Positions 61,761 through 64,000 of a DNA stretch of 64,000 bases are shown here, piece after piece (within the stretch, counting starts at the first letter, position 1; each line of letters opens with the position of its first letter). The notes beneath the pieces are model-generated. The model was not told the origin of the DNA. It worked only from the letters and a program-made list of their open reading frames with translations, and did not search any database. Made by a program: the position numbers and the translations under genes. Source of the stretch: Parcubacteria group bacterium Gr01-1014_13 (GTDB lineage: Bacteria > Patescibacteriota > Patescibacteriia > Magasanikbacterales > GWA2-37-8); the NCBI GenBank assembly GCA_007376295.1, contig VMGB01000003.1, forward strand, positions 7,106 to 71,105, given 5' to 3'.

Positions 61761-62864
61761 TTACTTTACAAACATTGCATCGCCAAAACTAAAAAATCTA
61801 TATTTTTCTTCTACAGCTTTTTGGTAACAATCGAGAACAAGTTCTCTGTTGCCTATAAAAGCTGATACCAGCATCAGGAGCGTGGATTTGGGCAGATGAA
61901 AATTAGTAATCAAGGCATCTACAACTTTAAATTTAAAACCGGGATAAATAAAAATATTTATATCACCGCTATACTGCCTCAAGATAGGTTCAACATTAGT
62001 TTGTCCGGCAAATTTAAGCGCTATTCCCTCCAAAGCACGGACTGTAGTAGTTCCGACCGCCACCACTCGCCTGCCCTCTGCTTTAGCGGCATTTATCAAA
62101 TCAGTATTTTTGGAGGTTAACTCCACCCATTCGCTATGCATAAGGTGTTCCTCCAAACTATCCGTCTTTACCGGCAAAAATGTACCTAATCCCACATGCA
62201 AAGTTACTTCAGCAAATTCCACGCCTTTAGATTTTAACTTATCTATGAGCTCGGGTGTAAAATGAAATCCGGCAGTCGGCGCAGCCACCGAGCCCTCTTC
62301 TTTGGCATATACAGTTTGATACCGTTCGCTAGAAGAAACTGTTTCTACATACGGTGGCGTGGGTACTTCGCCATATTTATTGGCTTTGGCCCGCACTAAC
62401 ATATCATCTTCAGCAAACTCAATCAGATATGTACCATCATTTTCCTTGAGCAACACTTGCGCGCTAAAATCTGGCGCAAAAACTATTTTCATTCCTAAGC
62501 GCAACTTTTTGCCCGGCTTAGCCAACACCTTCCAGACTTTATTGTTTTCCATTGGCTTAACTAAAAATATTTCTACTGGCCCAACGTTTAAAATTTTATC
62601 ACTAGAATTAATTTTTTCTTTTACTTCAATCACTTGTTCGTCCAAAGCCAAAGTCCCTCGCAAACGCGCTTTAAAAACTTTAGTGTTATTCCAAACCAAC
62701 AGATCACCTTTTTGGAGATAATCTACGATATCAAAAAAATACTTGTCCTCAACTTTTTTTGTTTCCCGGTCCAACACCATTAGCCGCGAACTATCCCGTG
62801 GCTCCAAAGGAATCTGGGCGATAAGTTGTTTGGGTAAATTGTAATTAAAATCAGAAGTGAGCAT
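61761..62864 (-). CDS. queA: S-adenosylmethionine:tRNA ribosyltransferase-isomerase
   Basis: N-terminal MLTSDFNYNLP...LIAQ.P signature. 367 aa. Confidence 0.9.
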   Translation of the reverse strand: MLTSDFNYNLPKQLIAQIPLEPRDSSRLMVLDRETKKVEDKYFFDIVDYLQKGDLLVWNNTKVFKARLRGTLALDEQVIEVKEKINSSDKILNVGPVEIFLVKPMENNKVWKVLAKPGKKLRLGMKIVFAPDFSAQVLLKENDGTYLIEFAEDDMLVRAKANKYGEVPTPPYVETVSSSERYQTVYAKEEGSVAAPTAGFHFTPELIDKLKSKGVEFAEVTLHVGLGTFLPVKTDSLEEHLMHSEWVELTSKNTDLINAAKAEGRRVVAVGTTTVRALEGIALKFAGQTNVEPILRQYSGDINIFIYPGFKFKVVDALITNFHLPKSTLLMLVSAFIGNRELVLDCYQKAVEEKYRFFSFGDAMFVK

Positions 62865-62865
62865 G

Positions 62866-63708
62866 CTATAACTTTCTTTTGTTTAAATTATGCTCGTCCA
62901 AAGTTCTGGCATAATATACGGTGCCGTCTTTGCCGGTTAAAAAATACCAGTAGGAATTTTTTTCCGGATGAAGCGCCGCTTTAATTGAATCCAAATCTGG
63001 ATTGGCTATTGGCCCGAGCGGCAATCCAGGGTATTTATAGGTATTCCAGAAAGAATCAAAGCTTCGTTCTTTTCCTGTCGTAAATACATCTCCAGTTCTA
63101 TCTACAGCATAGTGCACGCTTGAATCTAATTGCAGCGCCCAGTTATTTTTGTACCTCCGCCACAAAATATCGGCCACCTTGGCTTTGTCTTCCGGATGTT
63201 GCACCTCTTTTTCCAACAAGCTGGCCATGGTTAAAATTTCATAAAAACTTTTGCTCGAATTTTTTACATCCTCCCACATTGTCGCATCCATTTCTTTGTC
63301 ACGCTGATTAATTAATTTCTTAATCACGTCCAAAAGAGTAGCGTCCCTAAAAACCCGGTAAGTTTCCGGAGCCAAAAATCCTTCGTAAGAAACATACCCT
63401 GGCTTGTAAGATATGACTGAAGATTCATTAATTACTGGTAAAATATGCCCGGTGCGGCGATAATCGACAGCCGGCTCACCGGTCAACTTATATACATCCT
63501 CTGTGCTAGAAGCAAAACTTTGTTTCACCAAATAATCGGCCACTTGTCGCAGATTCCATCCGGGAATAATAGTTAGAGTTACTTCTGGCCGAGGCGGAAT
63601 CGGGATATATTGGCGGGTATACTTTTTTTTAAAATACCAAAAACTACCGCCGATAATCGTCAGACAAACCAAGAATGAAAATATAATTGTTTTATGGTTA
63701 AAAGACAT
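62866..63708 (-). CDS. mltG: Endolytic murein transglycosylase MltG (YceG-like)
   Basis: N-terminal TM plus the YceG-like domain sequence. Confidence 0.75.
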   Translation of the reverse strand: MSFNHKTIIFSFLVCLTIIGGSFWYFKKKYTRQYIPIPPRPEVTLTIIPGWNLRQVADYLVKQSFASSTEDVYKLTGEPAVDYRRTGHILPVINESSVISYKPGYVSYEGFLAPETYRVFRDATLLDVIKKLINQRDKEMDATMWEDVKNSSKSFYEILTMASLLEKEVQHPEDKAKVADILWRRYKNNWALQLDSSVHYAVDRTGDVFTTGKERSFDSFWNTYKYPGLPLGPIANPDLDSIKAALHPEKNSYWYFLTGKDGTVYYARTLDEHNLNKRKL

Positions 63709-63720
63709 AAAATTATTCCT

Positions 63721-64000
63721 TTATTCATTCCAATTTTCTCTCGCCCACGCCAGCCTTTCCGGCACACCGATATCTACCCACGCCCTGTCGGACTCATAAA
63801 CATACAGATCGTTCATTTTAGGAAAGACATCATATTCAATGCTAAAAGATTTTTCGACTGGGAAATATTTTTTTGCTTTGGCATTAAACAGATAAATTCC
63901 ACCGTTTATATACCCCGGCTGATGCAGACCTTCTTTTTCTTTAAACTTTTTTAAATGGAATTTCTTGTCGTATTCCAGCGTGCCGTAACTGGCCGCATCT
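63721..64000 (-). CDS. Sugar-phosphate nucleotidyltransferase-like protein, partial (N-terminus runs off the window)
   Basis: C-terminal GGIYLFN...DIGVPERL resembles NTP-transferase domains. Frame is open to the window end. Confidence 0.45.
   Translation of the reverse strand, partial: DAASYGTLEYDKKFHLKKFKEKEGLHQPGYINGGIYLFNAKAKKYFPVEKSFSIEYDVFPKMNDLYVYESDRAWVDIGVPERLAWARENWNE

Overview
The window is AT-rich (about 40% GC by eye) and looks like a small, reduced bacterial genome, probably a Candidate Phyla Radiation (CPR)/Parcubacteria-like lineage. It has rny, hup, dnaE, pheST, rseP, htpX, a clpC-like gene, radA, recG, a pilB/gspE-family ATPase, ftsH, rpsA, an intein-containing gyrB, secE-nusG-rplK, queA, mltG, tsaD, tRNA-Glu(TTC) and tRNA-Met(CAT). 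Many genes encode small lipoproteins or membrane proteins. The housekeeping backbone is interrupted by several compositionally atypical accessory patches. (1) An island of about 7.7 kb (c. 11.6-19.3 kb) lies next to tRNA-Glu. It carries a translationally coupled three-gene operon of unknowns (TM-anchored 271 aa, all-alpha 981 aa, 203 aa) that is AT-richer than its surroundings. It also carries a clearly high-GC gene for a lipoprotein M15/LAS-type zinc peptidase with three Cys-loop repeats. (2) A mosaic gene (39.8-41.3 kb) encodes a Cys-rich secreted protein with a VirB2/TrbC-like hydrophobic hairpin and a high-GC NlpC/P60-CHAP-like C-terminus, directly after a DsbA-like gene. (3) A high-GC orphan ORF sits at 49.6-50.2 kb. 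(4) A paralog array (51.8-54.5 kb) of six small membrane-protein genes shares a KLPKAVVHF-type motif, and each gene is framed by a repeated hairpin-terminator plus TTGACT-17-TAATAA promoter cassette. The array is followed by two tandem snapalysin-like (HEFGHxLGRDD + Met-turn) lipoprotein metzincins of somewhat elevated GC. (5) A 436-aa HNH-containing intein splits the gyrB Toprim motif EGDSAGG|SAKQGRD. No CRISPR array or transposase was found. All calls are from reading the sequence and motifs only; no database searches were run.
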